From positions 4,159 to 68,158 of the forward strand of contig CAZCZL010000014.1 in assembly GCA_964503315.1 (NCBI GenBank): DNA of 64,000 bases, in the 5' to 3' direction. Both the position numbers and the translations under genes were made by a program. This document shows positions 51,777-62,353 of the stretch, one piece after another. A model generated the notes under the pieces. The model was not told the origin of the DNA. It searched no databases and saw only the letters and a list, made by a program, of their open reading frames with translations. Position 1 is the stretch's first letter, and every line of letters begins with the position of its first letter. This stretch comes from an uncultured Ignavibacteriales bacterium. GTDB taxonomy: Bacteria > Zixibacteria > MSB-5A5 > GN15 > FEB-12.

Positions 51777-52616
51777 ATGAATATCTGGGACAAGATATCT
51801 TCGCTCGACCGTCGCTGGATCTACCTGCTGGTCGCCCTGACTGTCATTTTCCCCTTGATAGTCCCGGCCGACTTCCCGGTCCGCATAACGCCCGAAGCGA
51901 CGCAGCTCTATGAGGCTGTCGAAGCTCTGCCGGATTCATCTGTCGTCCTGTTGACGTTCGACTACTATCCGTCTTCCACCGCGGAGACCGAGCCGATGTC
52001 GACCGCGGCGTTGCATCATCTCTTCCGCAAGCACTGCAAGGTGCTGACGATGACCACCATTCCACTCGGTGGGCCATCCATCGCCGAGCGTGTCACCCGC
52101 CATATCGCGGCAGAATACGGCAAGCAGTATGGTGTCGACTTCGTCAACCTTGGCTACAAAGCCAACTACGTCGCCGTCCTCAAAGGGATGGGGACTTCAA
52201 TCGAAGCGATCTACCCGACCGACAACTCCAGCACGCCGCTCGCTCAACTGCCGATGATGCAATCCATCAAGAACTACAGTGATATCGACTTCATCTTCGC
52301 GGTGGCTGATAACGCTATCGTCGAGTATTGGATCTCCATCGTTAACGCGCAGTATGGCACTCGCGTGGGCGCCGGCGTTACCGCCGTCTCCGCTCCCAAG
52401 TATTATTCCTTCGTCAGCTCCGGTCAGATGACCGGCCTGCTGGGAGGAATGAAGGGGGCCGCAGAATACGAGCAACTGGTCAGCAAGCCGGCGATCGCCA
52501 TGAAAGGAATGGGGATCCAGTCGCTCATCCACCTCCTTATCATCGCGCTGGTTCTGGTCGGCAACCTCGGCTACTTCCTGGGAAAACGGAAAGATAACAA
52601 GGGGATGTCCGTATGA
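51777..52616 (+). CDS. Unknown membrane protein A2 (N-terminal TM, soluble domain, C-terminal TM); distant paralogue of A1
   Basis: Start at ATG 51777 (MNIWDKISSLDRRWIYLLVALTVIFPLIV), 4 nt after the B1 stop. C-terminal TM 'LIHLLIIALVLVGNLGY'. Colinear weak similarity to A1. Confidence 0.65.
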   Translation: MNIWDKISSLDRRWIYLLVALTVIFPLIVPADFPVRITPEATQLYEAVEALPDSSVVLLTFDYYPSSTAETEPMSTAALHHLFRKHCKVLTMTTIPLGGPSIAERVTRHIAAEYGKQYGVDFVNLGYKANYVAVLKGMGTSIEAIYPTDNSSTPLAQLPMMQSIKNYSDIDFIFAVADNAIVEYWISIVNAQYGTRVGAGVTAVSAPKYYSFVSSGQMTGLLGGMKGAAEYEQLVSKPAIAMKGMGIQSLIHLLIIALVLVGNLGYFLGKRKDNKGMSV

Positions 52617-53254
52617 GTTTCATCGACATCCTCCAGATCTGGATCGCCGCGTTTTTTACCCTGGCTATCTTCTCGTTCCTCTACAAAGACAACCCGGTAT
52701 ACAAGTTCGTGGAGCATATCTTCGCCGGTCTCTCCGCGGGGTACTATGTCGGTCTCATCTGGAAGTCGGTCATTATCCAACAGCTGTGGGAGCCGATGAC
52801 CCGCGCCGACAATCCCAAATGGTATCTCTTCCTCCCCGGCATTCTCGGCGCCCTCATGTTCGCGCGCCTGGTCCCCAAGATATCTTGGGTGTCGCGACTC
52901 GCGCTCGCGTTCGTAATGGGGAATACCGCCGGAGTCTTCATCATCTCGCAATTGCACGGTCTCGTCCTGCCGCAGATGCAGGATACGATGTTGCCGGTCA
53001 CCGATGGCGGCTTCGCGGCCAGCATCCTGACCATTATCACGATAGTCGGTGTCCTTTCGACGCTCATCTATTTCTATTTCTCGAAAGAACATACCGGAGC
53101 GCTGGGCGTGACCGCCAAGGTCGGCGTCTGGTTTATCATGATATCCTTTGGCGCGCATTTCGGCTACACCGTCATGGGCCGCGTTTCCCTTTTGATCGGG
53201 CGCGTCTATTTTCTTTATAATGACTGGATTGGTTCCTTTTCCCAGATTTTCTGA
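52613..53254 (+). CDS. Unknown polytopic membrane protein B2
   Basis: 213 aa with about 6 hydrophobic helices. ATGA overlap with A2. Same size class as B1. Confidence 0.65.
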   Translation: MSFIDILQIWIAAFFTLAIFSFLYKDNPVYKFVEHIFAGLSAGYYVGLIWKSVIIQQLWEPMTRADNPKWYLFLPGILGALMFARLVPKISWVSRLALAFVMGNTAGVFIISQLHGLVLPQMQDTMLPVTDGGFAASILTIITIVGVLSTLIYFYFSKEHTGALGVTAKVGVWFIMISFGAHFGYTVMGRVSLLIGRVYFLYNDWIGSFSQIF

Positions 53255-53324
53255 GCGATTCCATGTGATCGCCGTATAATATTCGCTGGCTCTCTGAATG
53301 CCGGCACTATAAGTTGTGCGAGAT

Positions 53325-54398
53325 ATGCGAAAACTGATTCCCCTATTCAGCGTTCTTGTTTTAGTAATTCTTGGCGGCTGCGGACAGGACCCCTCCAAGT
53401 CCGTCTATGACACAAAAACCAATCCCGAGGGTTACCCCGCGCGCGCCTGCCTGATGCTCGAGCAAATAGAGTCTGGCGAACTAGCCACCTACGACGACAT
53501 CACCAACAATTTCGGCCAACTCTATACCTCGTTCCCTGAACTGCTTGACAATCTCCAGTGGCAGCAACTAATAGAGAAACTAGGCGTGAAGTTCCGCTAT
53601 CGCGCGGATCAACTGGTCGATTCCGGCGTCGTCTGGTATCGCGAAGCCGCCAAGCTGTACACGCTTGCGGCCTTTGCCCGCCCACTCGATGAACGGCTTC
53701 AGCATCGCAACAATATGTTCGCCACCTACGAGAAGGCGGTGCAGGACTCGGTCATTCCACCTAATTTCGATCCGGTCACCGTGCCGATCGAGGTTCCGGA
53801 TCAGTTGCGCATTCTTCGTTATTTCATGCTCGATGACTCTATTCATCAGCAGTTCGCCAACGAGTTTCTGGTCCCCCGCATTCTGAACCGTCATGCAGCC
53901 GAGGCCGCTATGAAGGTGGTCGGCCCACAGCAGCTCCCGGTGATCGACAAATGTTTCCTGACCACACTCGGCTTCAAATATCGCGGCCCCAGTCAGCCAA
54001 TGGCCAGTTTTGCCGAACCGGCCATCGATCTGATGTCCTGCCAGATCGCACGCCAACCCAATGGTTGGTATCACGCCGAGTTCTACTTTATCCCGCGCGA
54101 AAGCCTCAAGGCAGACTACACTGTGGCACTCCGTCTGGCCGTTTCCGATTCCACAGCGGCCAACCCTGCTACAACTTTCCGCCAATTATCCTTTGATTTC
54201 CATCCGAATCGGTCGACCCAAGGCTGGAAAGCGGGCGAGCTCGCGCCGGCCTATCGACGGTTCGCCTATCCCGGCGAGATCAGTCAGGTCGCGATCGGCA
54301 TTTACGAGAAGTCGGCGGACTCAACTCATTTCGTCTCACTGCGCGATACCGGCGAGCCGATCCTGGTTCTGCCACATTCGGTTATCAGCGGCCGTTGA
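53325..54398 (+). CDS. Lipoprotein of unknown function, last gene of the A-B-A'-B' cluster
   Basis: ATG 53325 gives 'MRKLIPLFSVLVLVILGGCGQD' (lipobox LGGC). The C-terminal ~110 aa ('YTVALRLAV...FDFHPNRSTQGWKAGE...YPGEISQVAIGIYE') resemble beta-sandwich domains seen at the C-termini of some bacterial membrane glycosyltransferases. That resemblance is pattern memory only. Confidence 0.6.
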   Translation: MRKLIPLFSVLVLVILGGCGQDPSKSVYDTKTNPEGYPARACLMLEQIESGELATYDDITNNFGQLYTSFPELLDNLQWQQLIEKLGVKFRYRADQLVDSGVVWYREAAKLYTLAAFARPLDERLQHRNNMFATYEKAVQDSVIPPNFDPVTVPIEVPDQLRILRYFMLDDSIHQQFANEFLVPRILNRHAAEAAMKVVGPQQLPVIDKCFLTTLGFKYRGPSQPMASFAEPAIDLMSCQIARQPNGWYHAEFYFIPRESLKADYTVALRLAVSDSTAANPATTFRQLSFDFHPNRSTQGWKAGELAPAYRRFAYPGEISQVAIGIYEKSADSTHFVSLRDTGEPILVLPHSVISGR

Positions 54399-54488
54399 AC
54401 GGGCTAACCTCCCCAGCTCTCCCACTTTGCGCTTTACTTGCCGGGGGGCATTGGCTACTTTGGCCTCAAGTTTCATGGAGATACAGCA

Positions 54489-55463
54489 ATGAAAGTCATA
54501 GTCCCGGTAGCGGGAGTTGGAAGCCGGCTTCGCCCGCACACTCACTCCACCCCCAAAGTATTGCTGCCGGTCGCCGGAAGACCGATCATCGACCATGTTC
54601 TGGAGCCGATTGCTCGGCTGAAGCCGGAGGAGGTGGCCTTTGTCGTCGGTTACCTCGGCGCCGAGATCGAGGCCTACGTCCAGGCGAACTACTCTTTCAA
54701 ATCCAGATTTGTCTGGCAGGAACGTCTGCTTGGGCTCGGCCATGCCATCAACCTCGCTGTGCAGCAGATGTCCGACGGCCCCATTCTTGTCGTCCTGGGT
54801 GACACGATCGTCGAAACCGATCTGACCAAATTCATTGCCGCAGGCGACTATGTCCTGGGCGTGCGACAGGTCTCCGACCCGCACCGCTTCGGTATCGCGG
54901 AAGTGCGCAATGGTTTTGTAACGAATCTGGAGGAGAAGCCTTCCATTCCCAAAACCAACCTCGCCGTTATCGGCTTGTACTATTTCCATGAATCCCAGAC
55001 GTTGCGCAAAGCGCTTCAGGAACATTCCGCATCCGGCATGACCACCCAGGGTGAAGTGCAGTTCACCGACGCCCTGCAGCGAATGATCAAGACGGGAACG
55101 AAATTCCTTCCATACGAGGTCAACGGATGGTACGACTGCGGCAAGAAAGAGACTGTCCTCGAGACCAACCGTCACTTCCTCAGTTATGAGACCTCGACGC
55201 CGACCCGTGAAGGCTGCACCATTATCCCGCCGGTCTTCATCGCCGAATCAGCGCGGGTGACCGCTTCGGTAATCGGCCCCTATGTCGCCATATCCGACGA
55301 GGCCGTGGTCGAAAGTTCAGTCATCAAAAATTCCATCATCGGCCCGAAAGCGAGCGTCCGGAATCTCATCCTGCATGATTCGCTGGTCGGGAGTAACGCG
55401 ACGCTCAACGGCGTCAGCTCGGTTGTCAATGTGGGTGATTCGTCGGAAACGGCCTTCACCTGA
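54489..55463 (+). CDS. Sugar-phosphate nucleotidyltransferase with C-terminal left-handed beta-helix
   Basis: Start at ATG 54489, preceded by GGAGA. '[34 protein letters not shown]' is the NTP-transferase G-x-G-t-R-l motif. C-terminal hexapeptide-like repeats ('[30 protein letters not shown]'). Confidence 0.8.
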   Translation: MKVIVPVAGVGSRLRPHTHSTPKVLLPVAGRPIIDHVLEPIARLKPEEVAFVVGYLGAEIEAYVQANYSFKSRFVWQERLLGLGHAINLAVQQMSDGPILVVLGDTIVETDLTKFIAAGDYVLGVRQVSDPHRFGIAEVRNGFVTNLEEKPSIPKTNLAVIGLYYFHESQTLRKALQEHSASGMTTQGEVQFTDALQRMIKTGTKFLPYEVNGWYDCGKKETVLETNRHFLSYETSTPTREGCTIIPPVFIAESARVTASVIGPYVAISDEAVVESSVIKNSIIGPKASVRNLILHDSLVGSNATLNGVSSVVNVGDSSETAFT

Positions 55464-55501
55464 GCATAGAGTATACGAAGCACCACAAGGAGTATGTAGT
55501 C

Positions 55502-56665
<1,164 letters not shown>

Positions 56666-56668
56666 ACC

Positions 56669-57925
56669 ATGATCAAGTCGGATATTAAGAATATCAAGCT
56701 TGCCGCGCAGGGGAAGCAGAAGATCGAATGGGCCGACCGCTCGATGCCGGTCCTCGAACTGATCCGTGAGCGGTTCACCAAAGAAAAACCGCTCAAAGGT
56801 GTCAATATCGCGGCCTGTCTGCATGTGACGACTGAGACCGCCAACCTGATGCGGACGCTCAAAGCCGGCGGCGCCAATCTGACGTTATGTGCGTCGAATC
56901 CCCTCTCTACGCAGGATGACACAGCCGCCGCGCTGGTCGCGGAATACGGCATTTCCACCTTCGCCATCAATGGCGAAGACCACAAGACCTACTACAAGCA
57001 TATTCATCAGGCGCTGGATATCGAGCCGCATATCACGATGGATGACGGCGCCGATCTGGTCTCGACTCTTCACACCGAACGAAAGAGCCAGGCGGGCAAA
57101 GTCTGGGCAGGGACGGAAGAGACCACCACGGGTGTCATTCGTCTCAAAGCAATGGAGCAGAACAACGCGCTTCTGTTTCCGGTGATCGCGGTGAATGAGT
57201 CTAAGACGAAGCATCTGTTCGACAATCGGTACGGTACCGGACAGTCAACTTTAGATGGTGTCATTCGTGCCACCAATATGCTGATCGCCGGCTCAACCGT
57301 AGTGATCGCCGGTTACGGATGGTGCGGGCGTGGTGTTGCCAGTCGCGCCAAAGGTCTCGGGGCGAATGTGATCGTCACCGAGGTCGACGCGGTCAAGGGT
57401 ATCGAAGCGGCGATGGATGGCTTTATGGTGATGCCGATGGCCAAGGCTGCCTCGATGGGTGATCTGTTTATTACGGTGACTGGTGATATCAATGTCATCC
57501 GACTTGAGCATGTGCTCAAAATGAAAGACCGCGCCATCATCTGTAATTCCGGCCATTTCAATGTTGAGATCGATCTGAAGGCGATCGCCAAAGCGGCGAA
57601 GTCTCATCGAATCGTCCGACCGCATGTCGAGGAGTTTGTGATCGGGAAGCGGTGCGTGTATATCCTCGCCGATGGCCGTTTGATCAACTTGGCTTCTGCC
57701 GAGGGACATCCGGCGATGGTGATGGATATGTCGTTCGCCAACCAGGCAATCGCGGCTGAGTATGTGGTGCAGAACCACGCCAAGCTGCAGAAGCGGGTCT
57801 ACTCGGTTCCGGAGAAGCTGGATAATCTGATCGCGAGTCTGAAGCTGAAGTCGATGGGTGTCTCTATCGACCGCCTAACGCCCGAGCAGAAGAAGTATCT
57901 GGCAAGCTGGGAGTTGGGGACTTGA
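56669..57925 (+). CDS. ahcY: Adenosylhomocysteinase
   Basis: 418 aa. 'MDDGADL', 'EETTTGV', '[23 protein letters not shown]', NAD site '[12 protein letters not shown]', 'GHFNVEID'. Confidence 0.95.
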   Translation: MIKSDIKNIKLAAQGKQKIEWADRSMPVLELIRERFTKEKPLKGVNIAACLHVTTETANLMRTLKAGGANLTLCASNPLSTQDDTAAALVAEYGISTFAINGEDHKTYYKHIHQALDIEPHITMDDGADLVSTLHTERKSQAGKVWAGTEETTTGVIRLKAMEQNNALLFPVIAVNESKTKHLFDNRYGTGQSTLDGVIRATNMLIAGSTVVIAGYGWCGRGVASRAKGLGANVIVTEVDAVKGIEAAMDGFMVMPMAKAASMGDLFITVTGDINVIRLEHVLKMKDRAIICNSGHFNVEIDLKAIAKAAKSHRIVRPHVEEFVIGKRCVYILADGRLINLASAEGHPAMVMDMSFANQAIAAEYVVQNHAKLQKRVYSVPEKLDNLIASLKLKSMGVSIDRLTPEQKKYLASWELGT

Positions 57926-57945
57926 TCTGCCATTAATGATGATTT

Positions 57946-57980
57946 AAAGGCGAAGCCGTGTGGTTTCGCCTTTTGTTGTT
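57946..57980 (+). terminator. Rho-independent terminator after ahcY
   Basis: 9-bp stem aaaggcgaa/ttcgccttt with a 10-nt loop, followed by ttttgttgtt. It is the first convincing terminator after ptsI on this strand. Confidence 0.8.
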
Positions 57981-57991
57981 ACTGATGGTGT

Positions 57992-58055
57992 GATGACGTC
58001 GTCATTGCGAGGAACATGCGAACGGAGTGAGCGGTCGACGAAGCAACCAACTCTC
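57992..58055. repeat. Short intergenic element with palindromic core (gatgacgtcgtcattgcgagg...cgacgaagcaa)
   Basis: Palindrome atgacg-t-cgtcat plus the 'cattgcgagg / cgacgaagcaa' wording. It resembles a widespread bacterial intergenic repeat type that I know by pattern only. Confidence 0.25.
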
Positions 58056-58057
58056 TG

Positions 58058-58711
58058 TTACGCTTTTATCCCATCAAACAGCACCGAAATCAAGTATTCC
58101 CCAGATGGTCGCGAGGAGATCCGCTTCCCAGCGTATTCTCTTCCGACAAGCGCGCCGAAGATGATCGCCACAAGATAGCCGGTAAGCTCCGGTTTGACAT
58201 CGCGGCGTATCTCCCCCGTCTCTTCCCCGCGCTCGATGATCTCCTGCACATACTCGTGCACATGCCGTTCGATATCGATCCCTTCTATCTCCACAGCGGC
58301 GTGCTCCATCGCGTGCGTCGCGAACAGGTAGAAAATCTTTTCCGCCGGAAAAAGCTTCGCGTTGAGCACGACAGCATGATACAGGTGCAGTAGTCGATCA
58401 CGAGCAAGCACCGCCTTCTCCTGGTGTTTTACTTCGGCGATCCACTTCCCGAAGAAATCATCGAAGACCAGAATGACAAACTCCAACAAATGCGATTTGG
58501 ACGGAAAGTACTGGAAGAACGACCCCTTGGATATCCCCGCTTCTTTGCACAACCGGTCGATCGGCAGACCATCATACCCGTATCGTCCAAATAGCCGTAT
58601 CGCCGTTTGATAGATAAGATTCTTCTTCTCCGGCGGTAGTCGCCGGAAAGTCTCGGTAACTACCTTCAGCTTGGCTAATTGCGCTATCTGATTCTCATCA
58701 ATGACCGGCAT
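58058..58711 (-). CDS. TetR/AcrR family transcriptional regulator
   Basis: 217 aa. N-terminal HTH 'IYQTAIRLFGRYGYDGLPIDRLCKEAGISKGSFFQYFPSKSHLL'. Confidence 0.85.
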   Translation of the reverse strand: MPVIDENQIAQLAKLKVVTETFRRLPPEKKNLIYQTAIRLFGRYGYDGLPIDRLCKEAGISKGSFFQYFPSKSHLLEFVILVFDDFFGKWIAEVKHQEKAVLARDRLLHLYHAVVLNAKLFPAEKIFYLFATHAMEHAAVEIEGIDIERHVHEYVQEIIERGEETGEIRRDVKPELTGYLVAIIFGALVGREYAGKRISSRPSGEYLISVLFDGIKA

Positions 58712-58726
58712 CCCGATACCTCATAT

Positions 58727-58744
58727 TATGACTATTTGGTCATA
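58727..58744. promoter_or_regulatory. Palindromic operator candidate in the TetR/ino1 divergent region
   Basis: TATGAC-tatttg-GTCATA lies 16 nt upstream of the TetR start. The surrounding AT-rich DNA contains TATATTTG (58763-58770), which fits the Bacteroidetes-type -7 motif TAnnTTTG. Confidence 0.45.
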
Positions 58745-58871
58745 GAATATATACTATTACTGTATATTTGTCGTCAAGATTTCATTTCCGTTTGACTGGC
58801 GACGATAGCGGAATAGATTGCCGGGTATTACGACCTGATAATTCACACTTAGAGGAAGGGATACCTGAACA

Positions 58872-60059
58872 ATGGGTAAAGTACGAGTCGCCATTATCGG
58901 CGTCGGCAACTGCGCGTCATCGCTGGTGCAAGGTGTCGAATTCTACAAGAAGGCGAAAGATGATGATATGGTGCCGGGGTTGATGCATGTCAACCTGGGT
59001 GGCTATCATATCCGTGATATCGAGTTCTCCGCCGCCATCGATATCGACAAAAACAAGGTCGGCAAGGATCTGGCGGATGCCGTCTTCACTAAGCCGAACT
59101 GCACGTACAAGTTTTCCAACGTGCCCAAGACCGGTGTCATCGTCCAGCGCGGCATGACCCACGATGGCCTCGGCCATTATCTTTCTCAGATCATCGAGAA
59201 GGCCCCCGGTGACACGGTCGATATCGTGAAACTGCTTCGCGACACCAAGACCGATGTCGTCATCAACTACCTGCCGGTCGGCTCGGAAGAAGCGACCAAG
59301 TGGTATGTTGAGCAGATCCTCGAAGCCGGCTGCGGTCTTGTTAACTGCATTCCGGTCTTCATCGCCCGTGAGCCGTATTGGCAGAAGCGGTTCCGTGAGA
59401 AAGGTCTCCCGGTCATCGGCGATGATATCAAATCGCAGGTTGGCGCCACGATCGTCCACCGCATCATGACCCGCCTTTTCTACGAGCGCGGAGTTCGTCT
59501 TGAGCGGACCAGCCAGCTCAACGTCGGCGGCAACACCGACTTCCTGAATATGCTGGAGCGTTCGCGCCTCGAGTCCAAAAAGATCTCCAAGACCAACTCG
59601 GTGACCAGCCAGTTGCCGTACGAGATGGAGCCGGCCAATATCCATATCGGTCCGTCCGACTATGTCGAGTGGCTCTCCGACCGCAAGTGGGCGTATATCC
59701 GCATGGAAGGGACGACCTTTGGCAATGTCCCGCTCAACTGCGAGATGAAGCTGGAAGTTTGGGACTCCCCGAACTCCGCCGGTGTGGTGATCGATGCCGT
59801 CCGTTGCTGCAAGCTCGGTATGGACAACGGTCTCTCCGGCGCGTTGATCGAGCCGTCCTCCTACTTCAAGAAATCTCCGCCGGTACAGTACACGGACGAG
59901 GAAGCTCGCCGCCTGACCGAGGAATTCATCGCGAAGTACGGCTGGAAACAGGCTGGCAAGGCTGAAAAGCCGATGCGTGCCGCCGCTCGCAAGCCCGCGA
60001 CTGCTGCTCCGGCCAAGCAGGCCGCCGGCAAAAAAAGAGTCGTGAAGAAGAAAAAATAA
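58872..60059 (+). CDS. ino1: myo-Inositol-3-phosphate synthase with Lys/Ala-rich C-terminal tail
   Basis: 395 aa. '[26 protein letters not shown]', '[11 protein letters not shown]', '[15 protein letters not shown]', 'LNVGGNTDF'. C-terminal '[37 protein letters not shown]'. Confidence 0.9.
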   Translation: MGKVRVAIIGVGNCASSLVQGVEFYKKAKDDDMVPGLMHVNLGGYHIRDIEFSAAIDIDKNKVGKDLADAVFTKPNCTYKFSNVPKTGVIVQRGMTHDGLGHYLSQIIEKAPGDTVDIVKLLRDTKTDVVINYLPVGSEEATKWYVEQILEAGCGLVNCIPVFIAREPYWQKRFREKGLPVIGDDIKSQVGATIVHRIMTRLFYERGVRLERTSQLNVGGNTDFLNMLERSRLESKKISKTNSVTSQLPYEMEPANIHIGPSDYVEWLSDRKWAYIRMEGTTFGNVPLNCEMKLEVWDSPNSAGVVIDAVRCCKLGMDNGLSGALIEPSSYFKKSPPVQYTDEEARRLTEEFIAKYGWKQAGKAEKPMRAAARKPATAAPAKQAAGKKRVVKKKK

Positions 60060-60090
60060 GTTTCCTCTTCTTCCGTCTCGTCTCTACTTT

Positions 60091-60123
60091 AACCGGCGAC
60101 CATTGGTCGCCGGTTCTTTATTG
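60091..60123 (+). terminator. Rho-independent terminator after ino1
   Basis: 10-bp stem aaccggcgac/gtcgccggtt with a 5-nt loop, followed by ctttattg. Confidence 0.75.
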
Positions 60124-60143
60124 AAAGCGGCAGACAGAGCAGT

Positions 60144-60773
60144 ATGACTCAGAAACTCAGCGGCAAACTGATCACCTTCGAAGGGATCGATGGCTCCGGG
60201 AAATCGACCCACCTGGTCCGCTGCCAGCATTGGCTGGTAGAGCGCGGACTTTCGGTGCGGGTGCTGCGTGAGCCGGGGTCAACCGAGGTCGCTGAGCGTA
60301 TCCGCGCTATTCTTTTGGATCGCAAGGCGCAAATGACGCCGCTCACCGAATTGCTGCTGTATGAAGCCTCCCGCGCCGATATTGTCGACCAGCAGATTCG
60401 TCCACTTCTCAAGAAAGGGCATATAATCCTTCTGGATAGGTTTTACGACAGCACCACCGCCTATCAGGGATATGGACGCAAGCTGGATATCAAGATGGTC
60501 AAGCAATTGAACGCGATCGCCACCAGCCGGACCGTGCCGGATCTGACGCTGTTCTTTGATGTTGATATCGCCACCGGCATGAGCCGACTAGGCAAGGACC
60601 TTGATCGGCTTGAGTCTGAGTCGCGCGCGTTCTTCCGCAGGGTCCGCGCCGGATTTCTGGAGATCGCCCGGAAAGAAAAGCGCCGGGTGAAAGTAATCGA
60701 CGCTACGCGCTCGATAGATATAGTCTTCGAAGATGTCCGGCGCCTTGTCGCCCAGAAACTGAATCTTGCATGA
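60144..60773 (+). CDS. tmk: dTMP (thymidylate) kinase
   Basis: 209 aa. P-loop 'FEGIDGSGKST', 'LDRFYDSTTAYQG'. Confidence 0.9.
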   Translation: MTQKLSGKLITFEGIDGSGKSTHLVRCQHWLVERGLSVRVLREPGSTEVAERIRAILLDRKAQMTPLTELLLYEASRADIVDQQIRPLLKKGHIILLDRFYDSTTAYQGYGRKLDIKMVKQLNAIATSRTVPDLTLFFDVDIATGMSRLGKDLDRLESESRAFFRRVRAGFLEIARKEKRRVKVIDATRSIDIVFEDVRRLVAQKLNLA

Positions 60774-62353
60774 CCGATTCATCCCCCAAGATCGACCGTC
60801 GCGACCTGCTGCTGGCGAGCATCTTCGCTTTCCTGCTGACCGTGATTTGCGGCGTGATCGGCATGGTCGTCCTCTCCGACCCGGATATAGAGCGGGCATT
60901 CAAGATCCCATCCATAGCTCTCCAGATCCAACGTGAATACTCCGGCCAGGTGAATTGGGATAAGATGTTTGATGCCGCGCGTAGAGCGATGTTCGCCGAT
61001 CTCGACCGCTATTCCGACTATGTTGAGCCAAGTACTTTCCGCGCGATGGATGAAGAACTGACCGGCGGCTACACTGGTATTGGTGTCTCTGTCGTGCGCC
61101 ACGAGCAAGGTCTGCTGGTGATGGCCGTGCGCGAGGATGGTCCTTCGGACAAAGTCGGCCTGATGACCGGTGATATCATCATCCAGGTTGATTCAACCTC
61201 GCTTAATGGCAAAGAAGTCGCCGAAGCGACCGATCTGCTACGCGGACGCGAAGGGACCTCTGTTGGTTTATCAGTATTCCGCCCATCAACCGGCGATACG
61301 CTTTCCATCACCGTCACCCGCCAACGTATAAGTTTCCAACATATCCCGTTTGCCGGATTCACCCCTGACAGCATGTTGTATGTGCGGCTGTTGGATTTCG
61401 ATGCCGGCGCGGCCGCTGATCTGCGCAAGGCAATAGACACGCTCATCGAAGCAAATCCCGGCAAAGCTCGCGGCATCATGCTTGACCTTCGCGGCAATCC
61501 CGGCGGCCTTTTCACCGAAGCATTCGAAACTGCCGACCTGTTTCTCGAGGCCGGGCAGTTTATTGTCGGCACCGATGCACGCTCACGGTGGAACCGCGAG
61601 ATCCATGAAGCCACGGGGTACGATATCACGAATGGGCTGCCGATGGTGGTGCTGGTTGACCGCGGCTCAGCCTCGGCTTCGGAGATCGTTGCCGGCGCGC
61701 TCAAGCAATCCGGTCGCGCTGAACTGGTGGGCGACACCACATTCGGCAAAGGGCTGGTGCAGGGCTTCACTCGATTTCAGGATGGAAGCGGTGTTCGCCT
61801 CACCATCTCGCGTTACTATCTGCAGGGTAATGTCTACTTGAACGAACTCGACTCGGTGCTGCATGACACCGGCACCGGACTCCCGCCAGATCACTATGTC
61901 GATCTTCCGGAGAATGATCCCTTCATTGGGGCGATAGAAATATCCCTGCTTCTTTCCAAATTCGCGCACCAGCATCAGGATGACATCATCGCCGGCCCTC
62001 CCCCACTGGGACCCGACAGCAGTTGGGGCTCGCAATTCGCGACCTTCGCGGCCAGCCAGGGATTTGAGTACATCTCTCCGCGCTCAGACGCCGCCTTACT
62101 CGTTCTGTTGACAGCCCAGGCGAGTGGCTATTCCGCCGAGGTGCAGAAATCCGCGCGCGATCTGTATGATCAGTCGCGCCAACTCGATAGAAGGCTCTTT
62201 GTCGACTATCAGGACTACATCGAAATGCGTCTTCGCCAGGAAGCGTACGAGAGGAAACTCAACGCGTATCGCGCTTACGCCGATGTCATCGTACACGAAC
62301 GTCCGGACATTAGGGTGGCGGCCGAGGTCCTGAAAAGGAAAGTCCGCTCGTGA
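60770..62353 (+). CDS. S41 family C-terminal processing peptidase (membrane-anchored, PDZ domain)
   Basis: 527 aa. N-terminal TM. PDZ 'GIGVSV...GPSDKVGLMTGDIIIQVD'. 'DLRGNPGGL', catalytic 'VLVDRGSASASEIVAGAL', 'TFGKG'. ATGA overlap with tmk. Confidence 0.85.
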   Translation: MTDSSPKIDRRDLLLASIFAFLLTVICGVIGMVVLSDPDIERAFKIPSIALQIQREYSGQVNWDKMFDAARRAMFADLDRYSDYVEPSTFRAMDEELTGGYTGIGVSVVRHEQGLLVMAVREDGPSDKVGLMTGDIIIQVDSTSLNGKEVAEATDLLRGREGTSVGLSVFRPSTGDTLSITVTRQRISFQHIPFAGFTPDSMLYVRLLDFDAGAAADLRKAIDTLIEANPGKARGIMLDLRGNPGGLFTEAFETADLFLEAGQFIVGTDARSRWNREIHEATGYDITNGLPMVVLVDRGSASASEIVAGALKQSGRAELVGDTTFGKGLVQGFTRFQDGSGVRLTISRYYLQGNVYLNELDSVLHDTGTGLPPDHYVDLPENDPFIGAIEISLLLSKFAHQHQDDIIAGPPPLGPDSSWGSQFATFAASQGFEYISPRSDAALLVLLTAQASGYSAEVQKSARDLYDQSRQLDRRLFVDYQDYIEMRLRQEAYERKLNAYRAYADVIVHERPDIRVAAEVLKRKVRS

